From the IMG/VR virus record IMGVR_UViG_3300027759_000001: DNA of 64,000 nucleotides; one strand, written 5' to 3'. The notes below the pieces were generated by a model that was not told the origin of the DNA, did not search any database, and was given only the letters and a program-made list of their open reading frames with translations. The DNA is from a virus. Its lineage: Duplodnaviria; Caudoviricetes. A program made the position numbers and the translations under genes. Of the stretch, positions 7,552 through 17,015 are shown piece by piece; the first letter of the stretch is position 1; the number at the start of each line of letters is the position of its first letter.

Positions 7552-10335
7552 GTGATATCACAAGAAGAAATAAAAAGTTTCCTAGAAGGGAACGATCCTG
7601 AGGAACATATTGTTTCCGTAGAGTTTGATTACGTATCAGACCACATTTTCAAAATTAAAGAAGTACCTGGTAAAGGTAAAATTATACAACAAGATTCGTT
7701 AATCGCGTTTGCTTGGGTTGGTGATCTACGTGGTCTTAACTTTTACGAAGGTTCCAAAGCATTGCAAAAACAGGCGATGGGTAAATATGGTATCCTCATA
7801 GAAAAACTCCGAACAGATGGTAATGAACGATTAGAAGAAGGATTAACCTTTATGGTTAAATCCATTAAAGGATATCGTTCTTTAACCCAATTCTTCCGTG
7901 ATGGTGGAATTGATCCGTGGGGTGAAAAGGCAAAAGATAAAATCCTAATGGTTTCTCCTGTGGAACAATACCTCATCTCAAAAGAGAAAAGATTGTTCAA
8001 AGGGTTTGAGGAATACAATGATATAACGAGGTTTGTATTTGACCTTGAGACGACCGCATTAGAACCAAAGGATGGTCGTATCTTTATGATTGGAATGAAA
8101 ACAAATAAAGGATTCCAAAAAGTTATTGAATGTTCAAACGAAGATGAGGAACGAGCAGGTCTTGTGGAGTTCTTCAAAACAATAGACCAACTTAAACCAT
8201 CAATCATTGCGGGGTATAACTCAGCAAACTTTGACTGGTTTTGGATATTTGAAAGATGTAAATCACTTCATTTAGATATTAAGAAGATTGCAATCTCAAT
8301 GAATGCTAAAAAGACAATATCACAAAAAGAATCAATGTTAAAGTTGGCAAATGAGGTTGAAAGATTTAATCAAGTTCAAATGTGGGGTTATAATGTAATT
8401 GATATTATTCACTCAGTTCGTAGATCACAAGCGATCAACTCAAACATTAAAGAGGCAGGTTTGAAGTATATTACCAAGTTTATTGATGCCGAAGCAAAAG
8501 ATCGTATCTATATTGACCACACAAGTATTGGTCCAATGTATGCAGAAAAGGACGAATATTGGTTAAACGTAGAAAATGGTAATTACAAAAAAGTTGGATC
8601 CGATCCAAAGGTAGATGAGATATGTGTAAGACGAGGGGATGTATATCTTAAAACAACGGGGGACGACATAGTTGAGCGTTATCTTGACGATGACCTTGAG
8701 GAAACGTTGATTGTGGATGACGAGTTCAACCAAGCAACGTTTCTATTAGCATCCTTGGTACCAACAACATATGAAAGAGCATCCACAATGGGAACGGCAA
8801 CATTATGGAAAATGGTAATGTTGGCTTGGTCATATAAATATGGTTTGGCAATACCACAGAAAAAAGAACGAAGAAGTTTTGTTGGTGGTTTATCACGTTT
8901 ACTTAAAGTAGGTTATTCTAAGGACGTTCTTAAGCTTGACTACTCGTCACTATACCCATCCATTCAGTTAGTTCACGACGTGTTCCCTGAGTGTGATATA
9001 ACGGGAGCAATGAAGGGGTTATTAACCTACTTCCGTAACTCTCGTATTATGTATAAGAACTTGGCGGCAGAATATAAAACCATAGATAAGAAGAAATCAA
9101 CATCTTTTGACCGTAAACAATTACCTATTAAGATCTTTATTAATGCGTTCTTCGGATCGTTATCAGCACCACAGGTATTTCCGTGGGGTGATATTGACAT
9201 GGGGGAACAGATTACTTGTACAGGTAGACAATACCTACGACAAATGTTAAAGTTCTTTAGTAAACGAGGATATAGTCCTTTGGTATGTGATACCGATGGT
9301 ATGAACTTCTCATTACCTGATGGTGGTGTTGATGACAGAGTTTATATAGGTAAAGGAAAAAATTGGTTGGTTAAAGAGGGTAAAGAATATCGTGGTTATG
9401 ATGCCGATGTTGCAGAGTTTAATGATATCTTTATGAAAGGTGAAATGGGACTTGATTGTGATGGTACTTGGGATTCTTGTATTAACTTGGCTCGTAAGAA
9501 CTACGCAACAATGGAACAAAATGGTAAGGTTAAATTAACGGGTAATAGTATTAAGTCTAAGAAGATGCCAAAATACATTGAGAAGTTTTTGGATAAGGGA
9601 GTTAAACAATTACTTAGAGGTGAGGGTAAAGAATTTATTGAGTGGTATTATGAGTATATCCAAAAGATATTTGACCAAAGAGTTCCGTTGGCTGAGATTG
9701 CATCTAAATCAAGAGTTAAATTAAGTGTTGAGGATTACATCAAACGTAGTAAACAAACTACTAAAGCGGGTAATCTTAATTCACGAATGGCTCATATGGA
9801 ACTTCTTATTAGAGATGGGATACAATCAAATCTTGGAGATACAATCCTTTATGTTAACAACGGAACAAAGGCATCTCATGGTGATGTTCAGAAAGTTAAT
9901 GAAAAAATGACTAAGAAGGAAAAAGATGAATACTTTGAGAAACACGGTAAAATGCCAGTACTTGGTTCACACGTAGAATTAAATTGTTATCGTATTGAAC
10001 CATCGGATTTAGAAAATAACCCCGAAATGTTAGGGGAATATAATATCCAAAGAGCAATTGCAACTTTTAACAAACGAGTTGAACCTTTGATGATTGTATT
10101 TGATGATGAGGTTAGAGATACTTTATTAGTTAAGGATCCTGAAGATAGAAGTTTCTATACATCAGACCAATGTAAATTGATTAATGGTAAACCATTTAGT
10201 CCTGGTGACCAAGATGATGTTTACGAAAACTTAATTAAAATGGAACAAGGTGAAGTAGAGTTTTGGGAATCTGTCGGTATTGATCCAAACTATATGTATG
10301 GATTGGCCGAAGAAGGTTGGGAAGAATTCGTGTGA
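7552..10335 (+). CDS. Family B DNA polymerase with 3'-5' exonuclease
   Basis: ExoI FDLETT, ExoII GYNSANFD, ExoIII YLDDD; motif A LDYSSLYPS, motif B KIFINAFFG, motif C CDTDG. GTG start. Confidence 0.97.
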   Translation: MISQEEIKSFLEGNDPEEHIVSVEFDYVSDHIFKIKEVPGKGKIIQQDSLIAFAWVGDLRGLNFYEGSKALQKQAMGKYGILIEKLRTDGNERLEEGLTFMVKSIKGYRSLTQFFRDGGIDPWGEKAKDKILMVSPVEQYLISKEKRLFKGFEEYNDITRFVFDLETTALEPKDGRIFMIGMKTNKGFQKVIECSNEDEERAGLVEFFKTIDQLKPSIIAGYNSANFDWFWIFERCKSLHLDIKKIAISMNAKKTISQKESMLKLANEVERFNQVQMWGYNVIDIIHSVRRSQAINSNIKEAGLKYITKFIDAEAKDRIYIDHTSIGPMYAEKDEYWLNVENGNYKKVGSDPKVDEICVRRGDVYLKTTGDDIVERYLDDDLEETLIVDDEFNQATFLLASLVPTTYERASTMGTATLWKMVMLAWSYKYGLAIPQKKERRSFVGGLSRLLKVGYSKDVLKLDYSSLYPSIQLVHDVFPECDITGAMKGLLTYFRNSRIMYKNLAAEYKTIDKKKSTSFDRKQLPIKIFINAFFGSLSAPQVFPWGDIDMGEQITCTGRQYLRQMLKFFSKRGYSPLVCDTDGMNFSLPDGGVDDRVYIGKGKNWLVKEGKEYRGYDADVAEFNDIFMKGEMGLDCDGTWDSCINLARKNYATMEQNGKVKLTGNSIKSKKMPKYIEKFLDKGVKQLLRGEGKEFIEWYYEYIQKIFDQRVPLAEIASKSRVKLSVEDYIKRSKQTTKAGNLNSRMAHMELLIRDGIQSNLGDTILYVNNGTKASHGDVQKVNEKMTKKEKDEYFEKHGKMPVLGSHVELNCYRIEPSDLENNPEMLGEYNIQRAIATFNKRVEPLMIVFDDEVRDTLLVKDPEDRSFYTSDQCKLINGKPFSPGDQDDVYENLIKMEQGEVEFWESVGIDPNYMYGLAEEGWEEFV

Positions 10336-10343
10336 TGAGGTGT

Positions 10344-10694
10344 TTATGACATCTTCAACCCGTCTGAAGATAGGATATACCAGTTACCCTGAACAAATTG
10401 AAATTGGACACAAGCCCCCTTTTCTAACAATAGTTCATCCCACTCCTCATCAATTTTTCCTGTGTTAGGTTTAACTAAAACACTAACCAATGATTTTATA
10501 ATAATACGATTGGTGGTTTCAGAGTTTAATAAAATTTCTGACCCACCGATTGTTTTAACAATAATTAAATCCTCACCATTGGTGGTGTGATTCTTTTCTA
10601 ACAAAATTAAATTATTATATTCAGTTTTGTGTTCTATTACAATATTTTGTTTCATTACTGTTTTTCTTATTGGTATTTCTTTAATTATTGGCAT
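10344..10694 (-). CDS. Small beta-rich hypothetical protein, probably structural
   Basis: 116-aa ORF 1 nt downstream of the neck gene on the same strand; alternating hydrophobic strands, ends GACVQFQFVQGNWYILSS. Confidence 0.6.
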   Translation of the reverse strand: MPIIKEIPIRKTVMKQNIVIEHKTEYNNLILLEKNHTTNGEDLIIVKTIGGSEILLNSETTNRIIIKSLVSVLVKPNTGKIDEEWDELLLEKGACVQFQFVQGNWYILSSDGLKMS

Positions 10695-10695
10695 A

Positions 10696-11820
10696 TTAAA
10701 TAACGTAAATTTGTCTTGGAAACGCTCTAAATTTCATTGCCTTATTTAAGTTTTCGGCAATTAACGCTTCACGTTCCATTACCTTTTCAGGTTTTAATCT
10801 TGTTAGACGACCTTCGGCACCAATTAATTCATCAATTAATTTTGTTTTTTCATCTTTTGCCTCAGTTGCTAATGCCGCATAATCCATAGTTAAATCACCA
10901 TCAGGGGATTTAAGGTTACCACTGAATTTACCTCTTACTCTTGCCAATGTTTCTTTACAATAAGCAATAAACCATCTTCTAACCCAAACTTGAGCTGGAT
11001 TATTAAGATCCAACCAACTAATTTTATCGTATGGTACATCAGAAGGTAATTTAATAATATCAGGATTGTTTTTTAAACATTCGTCCCTATCTTCAGGACC
11101 AACATCATAATACCAATACCAAACTCTACCTTTCATCATTGTGGAATTACCAAAGTCAAATTTACCACCAGGAGTGTTCATTAAGTGAACTGCTTTCTTA
11201 CCTCCCGGTAATGCGGTTACCCTATAAGTTAAATCTCCCGAAATAATTCTTTTCTGAATGTTGATCTCTTGCATTCTTAATAACATATCAAATGCTGGCA
11301 TCATAAAATAACTTCCTGCCATGTTACCCATTTGTGCAAATCCACCTGCTCCACCAATACCACCACCAAATTCTCCGAATCCAAATCCTGCCCCAAACAT
11401 TGAATTATTTAAAGTTGCCGGTGTAAACCATAACAATTCATTAAGTTCTCTGTTTTCAGGAATTTCGTATATTTGTTGGTTATGAACTAATTGTATAAAA
11501 TCTTTTTTCAATACTGAATCACCACCCGCTTGTAGACCTACAATTTTAGAATAAGCATAAGTGTATCGTGTTTCGTAATCTAAACTTCTTGTTGTAAACG
11601 CTTTTGATAATGATTGAGTGTCCATGTTTAAGTTATACAAATTAGTCCACTGAGATTCAGTTAACCAATCTTGGACGTATTGTGAATATTCGTCAATAGA
11701 AAATTCAAGAAGAGTGTCCATTTGTTCCTCTTCCAATTCTACACTTCTAAGTGGAGCGCCTAAAACGTGTTTTACTTTTTTGTATAGGTCACTTCTTTCT
11801 GGTTCGTTAATTATTGACAT
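10696..11820 (-). CDS. Neck protein / head-tail adaptor (T4 gp13-like)
   Basis: N-terminal VKHVLGAPLRSVELEEEQMDTLLEFSIDEY matches the gp13-type LGAP..EL..EQ pattern; C-terminal helical region. Confidence 0.8.
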   Translation of the reverse strand: MSIINEPERSDLYKKVKHVLGAPLRSVELEEEQMDTLLEFSIDEYSQYVQDWLTESQWTNLYNLNMDTQSLSKAFTTRSLDYETRYTYAYSKIVGLQAGGDSVLKKDFIQLVHNQQIYEIPENRELNELLWFTPATLNNSMFGAGFGFGEFGGGIGGAGGFAQMGNMAGSYFMMPAFDMLLRMQEINIQKRIISGDLTYRVTALPGGKKAVHLMNTPGGKFDFGNSTMMKGRVWYWYYDVGPEDRDECLKNNPDIIKLPSDVPYDKISWLDLNNPAQVWVRRWFIAYCKETLARVRGKFSGNLKSPDGDLTMDYAALATEAKDEKTKLIDELIGAEGRLTRLKPEKVMEREALIAENLNKAMKFRAFPRQIYVI

Positions 11821-11828
11821 ATGAGTTT

Positions 11829-11840
11829 TATTTATAAATA
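11829..11840 (-). promoter_or_regulatory. TATTTATAAATA motif before the neck gene
   Basis: Perfect 12-bp palindrome upstream of ATG 11820 (minus strand). Confidence 0.6.
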
Positions 11841-11845
11841 TCTTA

Positions 11846-12934
11846 TTATTTTGTTCTTAACAAATATAATTCGTTAACAAATTCCCAATTAACGTGATTC
11901 CAAAAATTATTTATATATTCGTCACGTTTATTACGATATTTTAGATAGTATGCGTGTTCCCACACATCAAGTCCTAATAGTGGATACCCACCATCTTTGA
12001 CTACATTCATTAATGGATTATCTTGATTAGATGTGGAAATAATTTTTAATCTATTATTTTTAGTTAAAATTAACCAAGCCCACCCTGATCCAAATCTATC
12101 TTTAGCAACCTGATTAAATTCATCTTTTAATTTTTTAATATTTCCGTATTGTTTTGTAATTTTTTCAAATACTTCACCACTTGGTTTTTGTTTGGTTGGA
12201 CTTAACATTTTCCAAAATAAAGCGTGATTAAAGGCACCACCAGCATTATTTCTAACTTTAGTATCATACTTACTAATATTTTTGATTATGTCTTCTAATT
12301 CAACATCACCTTTTTTATTTGATAACGCATCATTTAATTTCTTAACATAACCTTTATAATGTTTGTTGTAATGGATATCCATAGTTTCAGGATCTACAAA
12401 TTGTTTCATTGATGAATATGAATATGGTAATTTTTCAATACCAATTTTTTTCATTTCCATTATAAAATCTTTTTTGATATTTTGTTTTTCTGAAATTAAA
12501 ATTTGTTCATTAATAAGATTAATTTTATTGTTAATCCCTTTAAACCCTTCAAAAACATATTCATTAAATTGTGGGTATTCTTCTTCAAACATTTTAATTA
12601 GTCGGCCACCATATGCATTTGCTTCATCTTCATTCTGACCACCAATGTTTGGACCTTGTTCTCTTTTAAGAACATTTATTTGGTAAGCATGAACCCACTC
12701 ATGAGCTAATGTTCTCATTATATCACGATTTAATCTACCATCAGTTAATACTTTAATTCCATTTTTTGGGTGTTGACTACCTGTAGACATTCCACCTATT
12801 TTTTTACCCACAAATTGAATAGTGATATCCTCCTTTAATTGATAATTCTTTTGTAAGAATTTAATAAAGGTGTGAATTAACTCGTTATACTTTGAATCAA
12901 GTCCTGAATTTATACGTTTGATGCTTACTTTCAT
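11846..12934 (-). CDS. Fusion: zincin-like HExxH domain + Mn/Fe superoxide dismutase
   Basis: aa 78-82 HEWVH with downstream NEDEANA. aa ~164-362: LPYSY, DIHYNKH, NNAGGAFNHALFW, FGSGWAWL, NQDNP, LDVWEHAYY (all four SOD metal ligands present). Confidence 0.92.
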   Translation of the reverse strand: MKVSIKRINSGLDSKYNELIHTFIKFLQKNYQLKEDITIQFVGKKIGGMSTGSQHPKNGIKVLTDGRLNRDIMRTLAHEWVHAYQINVLKREQGPNIGGQNEDEANAYGGRLIKMFEEEYPQFNEYVFEGFKGINNKINLINEQILISEKQNIKKDFIMEMKKIGIEKLPYSYSSMKQFVDPETMDIHYNKHYKGYVKKLNDALSNKKGDVELEDIIKNISKYDTKVRNNAGGAFNHALFWKMLSPTKQKPSGEVFEKITKQYGNIKKLKDEFNQVAKDRFGSGWAWLILTKNNRLKIISTSNQDNPLMNVVKDGGYPLLGLDVWEHAYYLKYRNKRDEYINNFWNHVNWEFVNELYLLRTK

Positions 12935-12939
12935 TAATG

Positions 12940-12946
12940 ATAAATA
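12940..12946 (-). promoter_or_regulatory. TATTTAT motif before the SOD fusion gene
   Basis: 5 nt upstream of ATG 12934 (minus strand). Confidence 0.55.
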
Positions 12947-12965
12947 TTATCAATAACAAAAAGAT

Positions 12966-14735
12966 TTATCTTCTCTTGTTAATTAAACCAAGGATTTCCT
13001 CAACAACATCACCAACGTTTTCAGGTTGTTGATCACCCATAACGGTTCTAATGATTTCTTTTTTACGATTTAGTATGTCATATACCGCACCTTCTATTGT
13101 ATTTTCATACAATGGGTAATAAACAAGTACGTTTGATTTTTGACCATAACGATACGCTCTATCTTCAGCCTGAGCGTGTTCAGCGGGAACAAATGATAGG
13201 TCATTCATAATAACAACCTCAGCGGCAGTTAAAGTTAAACCAACACCAGCAGCTTTTAAATTCCCCACAAATACTTTAATCTTATCGTTCTCTTGAAACT
13301 CATCAACTGCGTTTTGACGATGAGGTTTGGAACAACTACCGTCTAAATAAACTGCTTGTTTACCAAAGTGTTGGTAAATTGTTTGTAAGGTATCTGTAAA
13401 ATTAGTAAAGATTATAACTTTCTTACCTTGTTCAATGATGTTTTCAGCAAATTCAATTGTCTGTTTTGTTTTTTCATTTGCAATAACCTTCCTTACTTTC
13501 ATCAATTTTGAGAACTGAACGGTAAGGGAAGAGGATTCGTCTTTTTTATTATCAAACCAATCATAGTATTCACCCATCAGTTCTTCATACTCTTTTGATT
13601 TCAAACGAAGATATACAGGAGAAATAATTTTATCGGGAAGATCTAACACATCTTCTTTTAACCTACGAAGAATTTGTTTTGAAGTTCTATCTCTTAACTC
13701 TTCCAAATTAGATGCCCCCGTTACGTTCCAAACTTTTCTTCTACCCGCCATAAATTGGTAACCCTGACAATAACGAATAGCGTAAGCCATCCAATTTTGT
13801 GCAACAGGTGATTCAATAATATTCAGTAAGTTATAGTAGTTCATTGGACGAGAAGTCATTGGAGTTCCCGTTAATAACCAAACTCTTTTAATATCCTTAA
13901 CAAAATGATTTATGATTTTTGTTCGTTGAGCTTGGGGATTTGAAATCATATGTGCCTCATCTAAAATAACAAGATCAAAGTTTGATTGATTTAATATTGA
14001 TCCATTTTTCTTTTTTGGATCAGTATCGTGGAAATTTTTTAGGATATCATAATTAACGATAACAAAATCAGATTCAGTTGAAAATTTCTTTCCTTCTGCA
14101 ATATAAACAGGTCTATCTGAATAATTTTCAATTTCACGTTGCCAGTTAATCTTTAATGATGCAGGACAAATAATCAATATTTTCTTTGATCCTGTCTCTA
14201 AAGCGGCAATAATTGTTGCGGTTGTTTTACCAAGACCCATATCATCAGCAAGAATGAATCGTCTTGATCCTGCCAACTTTTCTACCGCTTCTTTTTGATG
14301 TTCCAATGGAGGTCGGTGATCATATTTAGAATAATCTACCTCAACTTTTTCAACATTGTGAGTTTTTATTAATGAAGATTTAGGAACCCAAAATTCTGTT
14401 AAAGGATCCTTTTCAAAGAACTTACCCCAAATATGATATGATTTTTCTTTCTCAACTAATAATTTCTCAATGTAAATTTTTTCAGGAGTTTCCATCAAAT
14501 ATCTTTCTTCGGCAAACTTCTTTGCAAAATATGTATCAAGATCAACCCACTTACGAGCAACCTTAGGAACCGTATCAAAATAATTTATAATGTAATCTGA
14601 TTGAGTTCTTGTTGGGTAAAACTTTTTACTAGTTTCTTTTTTTGTTTTTAGATACAATATATGATTGTTGGCACCCGAATACGAGTCCAATAAGGACAAA
14701 GCTTTATGCTCTATTAGTGATGGGGCAACTTCCAA
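12966..14735 (-). CDS. SNF2-family (SMARCAL1/HARP-like) helicase
   Basis: LADDMGLGKT, ILDEAH, LLTGTP, GLTLTAA, QAEDRAYRYGQ. Start placed at TTG 14735; the listed start at 14792 runs through the divergent intergenic region. Confidence 0.92.
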   Translation of the reverse strand: MEVAPSLIEHKALSLLDSYSGANNHILYLKTKKETSKKFYPTRTQSDYIINYFDTVPKVARKWVDLDTYFAKKFAEERYLMETPEKIYIEKLLVEKEKSYHIWGKFFEKDPLTEFWVPKSSLIKTHNVEKVEVDYSKYDHRPPLEHQKEAVEKLAGSRRFILADDMGLGKTTATIIAALETGSKKILIICPASLKINWQREIENYSDRPVYIAEGKKFSTESDFVIVNYDILKNFHDTDPKKKNGSILNQSNFDLVILDEAHMISNPQAQRTKIINHFVKDIKRVWLLTGTPMTSRPMNYYNLLNIIESPVAQNWMAYAIRYCQGYQFMAGRRKVWNVTGASNLEELRDRTSKQILRRLKEDVLDLPDKIISPVYLRLKSKEYEELMGEYYDWFDNKKDESSSLTVQFSKLMKVRKVIANEKTKQTIEFAENIIEQGKKVIIFTNFTDTLQTIYQHFGKQAVYLDGSCSKPHRQNAVDEFQENDKIKVFVGNLKAAGVGLTLTAAEVVIMNDLSFVPAEHAQAEDRAYRYGQKSNVLVYYPLYENTIEGAVYDILNRKKEIIRTVMGDQQPENVGDVVEEILGLINKRR

Positions 14736-14751
14736 AATTTTGTTTTTTATA

Positions 14752-14780
14752 AAAATAACAATAAAAAAGATATTTATCAA
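14752..14780 (-). promoter_or_regulatory. Possible sigma70-like promoter for the helicase
   Basis: Minus strand TTGATA-N17-TATTTT, overlapping divergent TATTTAT motifs. Confidence 0.35.
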
Positions 14781-14786
14781 TAAATA
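14771..14786. promoter_or_regulatory. Back-to-back TATTTAT motifs (TATTTAT-CA-ATAAATA) at a divergent junction
   Basis: Plus copy 14771-14777 faces the head-closure gene; minus copy 14786-14780 faces the helicase. Confidence 0.55.
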
Positions 14787-14793
14787 CGACAAA

Positions 14794-15306
14794 ATGGCGA
14801 ATAGAGTTCCTATAACAAGACTAGGTAAATTTTTTGGTGATAACGATTTTAACCTTGAGGTTGAGATGGGTCAAGAGTGGTTGGTTGGTGATATGAATTT
14901 CACTTGTGTACTTTATAGAGTTGATAAAGTAAAAACCAAAATTGATGATGTGTATGGTGAAACGGTTAAGGACGGTGTTAAATTTTTACCCCCTGTTGAG
15001 TTCAACGCATATATTGCAATTGCTGCACCTGAAAATAAATTCTTGGGTTCCACAAAAATGGATCAACTTGAGCCTGGTAATATTACAATGTCGGTTTATT
15101 TAAAAACTTTAGAAGATTTAGAAATTGATATTCAGTTTGGTGATTATGTTGGTTATTACGATACGGAAAGTTTTGTGAGATACTATACCGTGGTTAATGA
15201 TGGTCGTGTCACTTCAGATATAAAACATACTTATAAAGGATATAAACCTTTTTATAGGACAATAATTGGATCACCTGTCGGACCAAACGAATTTAGAGGA
15301 TTATGA
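14794..15306 (+). CDS. Head-closure / neck protein (T4 gp14-like)
   Basis: Start corrected to ATG 14794 (MANRVPI); D.VYGE..KF.PPVE motif; lies between neck and tail-terminator genes. Confidence 0.65.
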   Translation: MANRVPITRLGKFFGDNDFNLEVEMGQEWLVGDMNFTCVLYRVDKVKTKIDDVYGETVKDGVKFLPPVEFNAYIAIAAPENKFLGSTKMDQLEPGNITMSVYLKTLEDLEIDIQFGDYVGYYDTESFVRYYTVVNDGRVTSDIKHTYKGYKPFYRTIIGSPVGPNEFRGL

Positions 15307-15728
15307 AAATAATAGCTGATGAAAAAGAAGGGTTGTTAAAAAATAAAATTAACAATTTAATTGGTAAAAAAGTAATGTGTTATTATGACTTACATAGACA
15401 CACATTTTCGGTAACCCATAAAGGACTTCTTATGTTAAAGGCTGACTATTTAAAATTAAATGATGTTGAGTTTAGAGTAAGACAAGGTGGAAAACAAAAA
15501 GTAAGAGACGAAAAAAGAAAAAATGTTCACGCATTTGTTATTGGTAATTTAGATGATTATTGTGAATTTCCTTGTAGGAATATTCCAGTACCTGAATCAA
15601 ATGATGTGGTTACATACAATCCTTACAAATATGATTCTTTTGTTAATAAAACAACGGAAGAACCAATTTATAAGTCAAATGAAATTGAAATGATTAACAT
15701 TAAAGATAAAATATTTTTAATAAACTAA
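15303..15728 (+). CDS. Conserved phage hypothetical protein (YxxLH..FSV / KNVHAFV family)
   Basis: YYDLHRHTFSV, FRVRQGG..KV..EKRKNVHAFVIG; ATGA overlap with the previous gene. Confidence 0.7.
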   Translation: MKIIADEKEGLLKNKINNLIGKKVMCYYDLHRHTFSVTHKGLLMLKADYLKLNDVEFRVRQGGKQKVRDEKRKNVHAFVIGNLDDYCEFPCRNIPVPESNDVVTYNPYKYDSFVNKTTEEPIYKSNEIEMINIKDKIFLIN

Positions 15729-15729
15729 T

Positions 15730-16767
15730 ATGGGGTTACCTAAAAAAATAAAAAAAGACATATCATTAATACCTAAGAAGACACTTCTTCCTAGACGACA
15801 TGAGATTGCCGATATGATTTCGGAAGATGGTACTTATTTACCTAAAAGTTTATTACATGCTGATTTAGATAGGGGGTTTTTAGATTTTGTTAAAGACGGA
15901 CTTAAAACTGTAGTTGAAGGAAAAACGGTACCAATGGTGGATGTTTTAATAACAACACAAAATTGGGCTCAATTTGTTGAGACGTGGAACTTTGAAAATA
16001 TTGATAAGAATGTTGAACCACCATTTATTACGGTAATCAGAACACCTGAAGTTAAGTATGGTAGTAACCCAGCGGTTATGTATAATATCCCAAACAGAAG
16101 ATTATATTACTACGCCAAAGTACCAACTTGGGATGGTCAACGTCATGGAATGGATATTTACAAGATTCCACAACCTGTTCCTGTTGATATAAAATACACC
16201 GTTGCAATTGTTTGTAATAGAATGAGAGAGTTAAATAAATTCAATCAAATTGTATTAGAAAAATTTGCGTCAAGACAATCATATCAAACTATTAAAGGTC
16301 ACTATATTCCAATTGTTAATGATGATATTTCTGATGAGTCAATAATGGATTTGGAAAAGAGAAAAGTATACATTCAAAAATATACTTTCACAATGATGGG
16401 ATTCTTAATTGATGAAGATGAGTTTGAGGTACAACCTGCGGTTACAAGAATATTCCAAATATACGAAACTGAAAGTAAAATTAAAAAAAGAAAACCTAAA
16501 AAAGAAGTTCCTAATTCACCACAAACTGCAACCTTTACATATTCAGATATTAACACAGAAAAGGAGGAAACATTTCATTATACCGTAAATATGCGTTTTA
16601 TGGGTAGTGAAAACGTGGATTCATATTCTGTTTTTATTAATGGTGATTACTATGGTGATGATGTAGTTGTGGTATTAGTTAATAATGGGGATGTAATTAA
16701 AATAACAATTATTAAAGATAATCCTTCTGAACAATCTTCAATAGTATTTAGTGAAGAGTTACTTTAA
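15730..16767 (+). CDS. Tail terminator / sheath stabiliser (T4 gp15-like) with C-terminal extension
   Basis: PQPVPVDIKYTV..CNRMRELN pattern; position just before the sheath gene. Confidence 0.7.
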   Translation: MGLPKKIKKDISLIPKKTLLPRRHEIADMISEDGTYLPKSLLHADLDRGFLDFVKDGLKTVVEGKTVPMVDVLITTQNWAQFVETWNFENIDKNVEPPFITVIRTPEVKYGSNPAVMYNIPNRRLYYYAKVPTWDGQRHGMDIYKIPQPVPVDIKYTVAIVCNRMRELNKFNQIVLEKFASRQSYQTIKGHYIPIVNDDISDESIMDLEKRKVYIQKYTFTMMGFLIDEDEFEVQPAVTRIFQIYETESKIKKRKPKKEVPNSPQTATFTYSDINTEKEETFHYTVNMRFMGSENVDSYSVFINGDYYGDDVVVVLVNNGDVIKITIIKDNPSEQSSIVFSEELL

Positions 16768-16928
16768 TCCTCCCCGTAGATATCTTTTTTTTCCTTACAT
16801 TTTTCAAAAATAAGGTTCTCCAAAAACCTATACATTTTAATACCACGTTTATCGCAATACTTCTTTAGGGTCTCGTGTGATTCAACCGAAATCTTCAGGT
16901 TTTTTATCTTCTTAGTATCTTTATCCAT
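16764..16928 (-). CDS. Ribbon-helix-helix DNA-binding protein (54 aa; missing from the ORF track)
   Basis: Manual translation MDKDTKKIKNLKISVESHETLKKYCDKRGIKMYRFLENLIFEKCKEKKDIYGED*: alternating strand (KNLKIS), helix, RG turn, helix. Confidence 0.8.
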   Translation of the reverse strand: MDKDTKKIKNLKISVESHETLKKYCDKRGIKMYRFLENLIFEKCKEKKDIYGED

Positions 16929-16930
16929 AG

Positions 16931-16948
16931 GGCAGAAAAAAGGCAGAA
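16931..16948. promoter_or_regulatory. Direct repeat GGCAGAA x2 (11-bp period), candidate RHH operator
   Basis: GGCAGAA at 16931-16937 and 16942-16948, immediately upstream of the RHH start codon. Confidence 0.45.
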
Positions 16949-16964
16949 TAAAATCTTACCAAAA

Positions 16965-16972
16965 TATAAATA
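16965..16972 (-). promoter_or_regulatory. TATTTATA motif facing the RHH gene
   Basis: Plus strand reads TATAAATA; about 37 nt upstream of the RHH ATG. Confidence 0.5.
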
Positions 16973-17008
16973 CTTTCTAATAAGTAAAGTTTTTCCTCAA
17001 ATTATCAA

Positions 17009-17015
17009 TATTTAT
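17009..17015 (+). promoter_or_regulatory. TATTTAT motif before the sheath gene
   Basis: 37 nt before ATG 17053. Confidence 0.6.

Noticed and set aside
7743-8207. 154-aa antisense ORF within the DNA polymerase gene (also 9313-9519)
   Set aside because: Ser/Ile/Phe-rich composition typical of the reverse frame of an AT-rich coding gene; no motifs or upstream signals.
14665-14793. Apparent head-to-head overlap of the helicase and head-closure ORFs
   Set aside because: Artefact of longest-ORF start calls; likely starts are TTG 14735 (-) and ATG 14794 (+).
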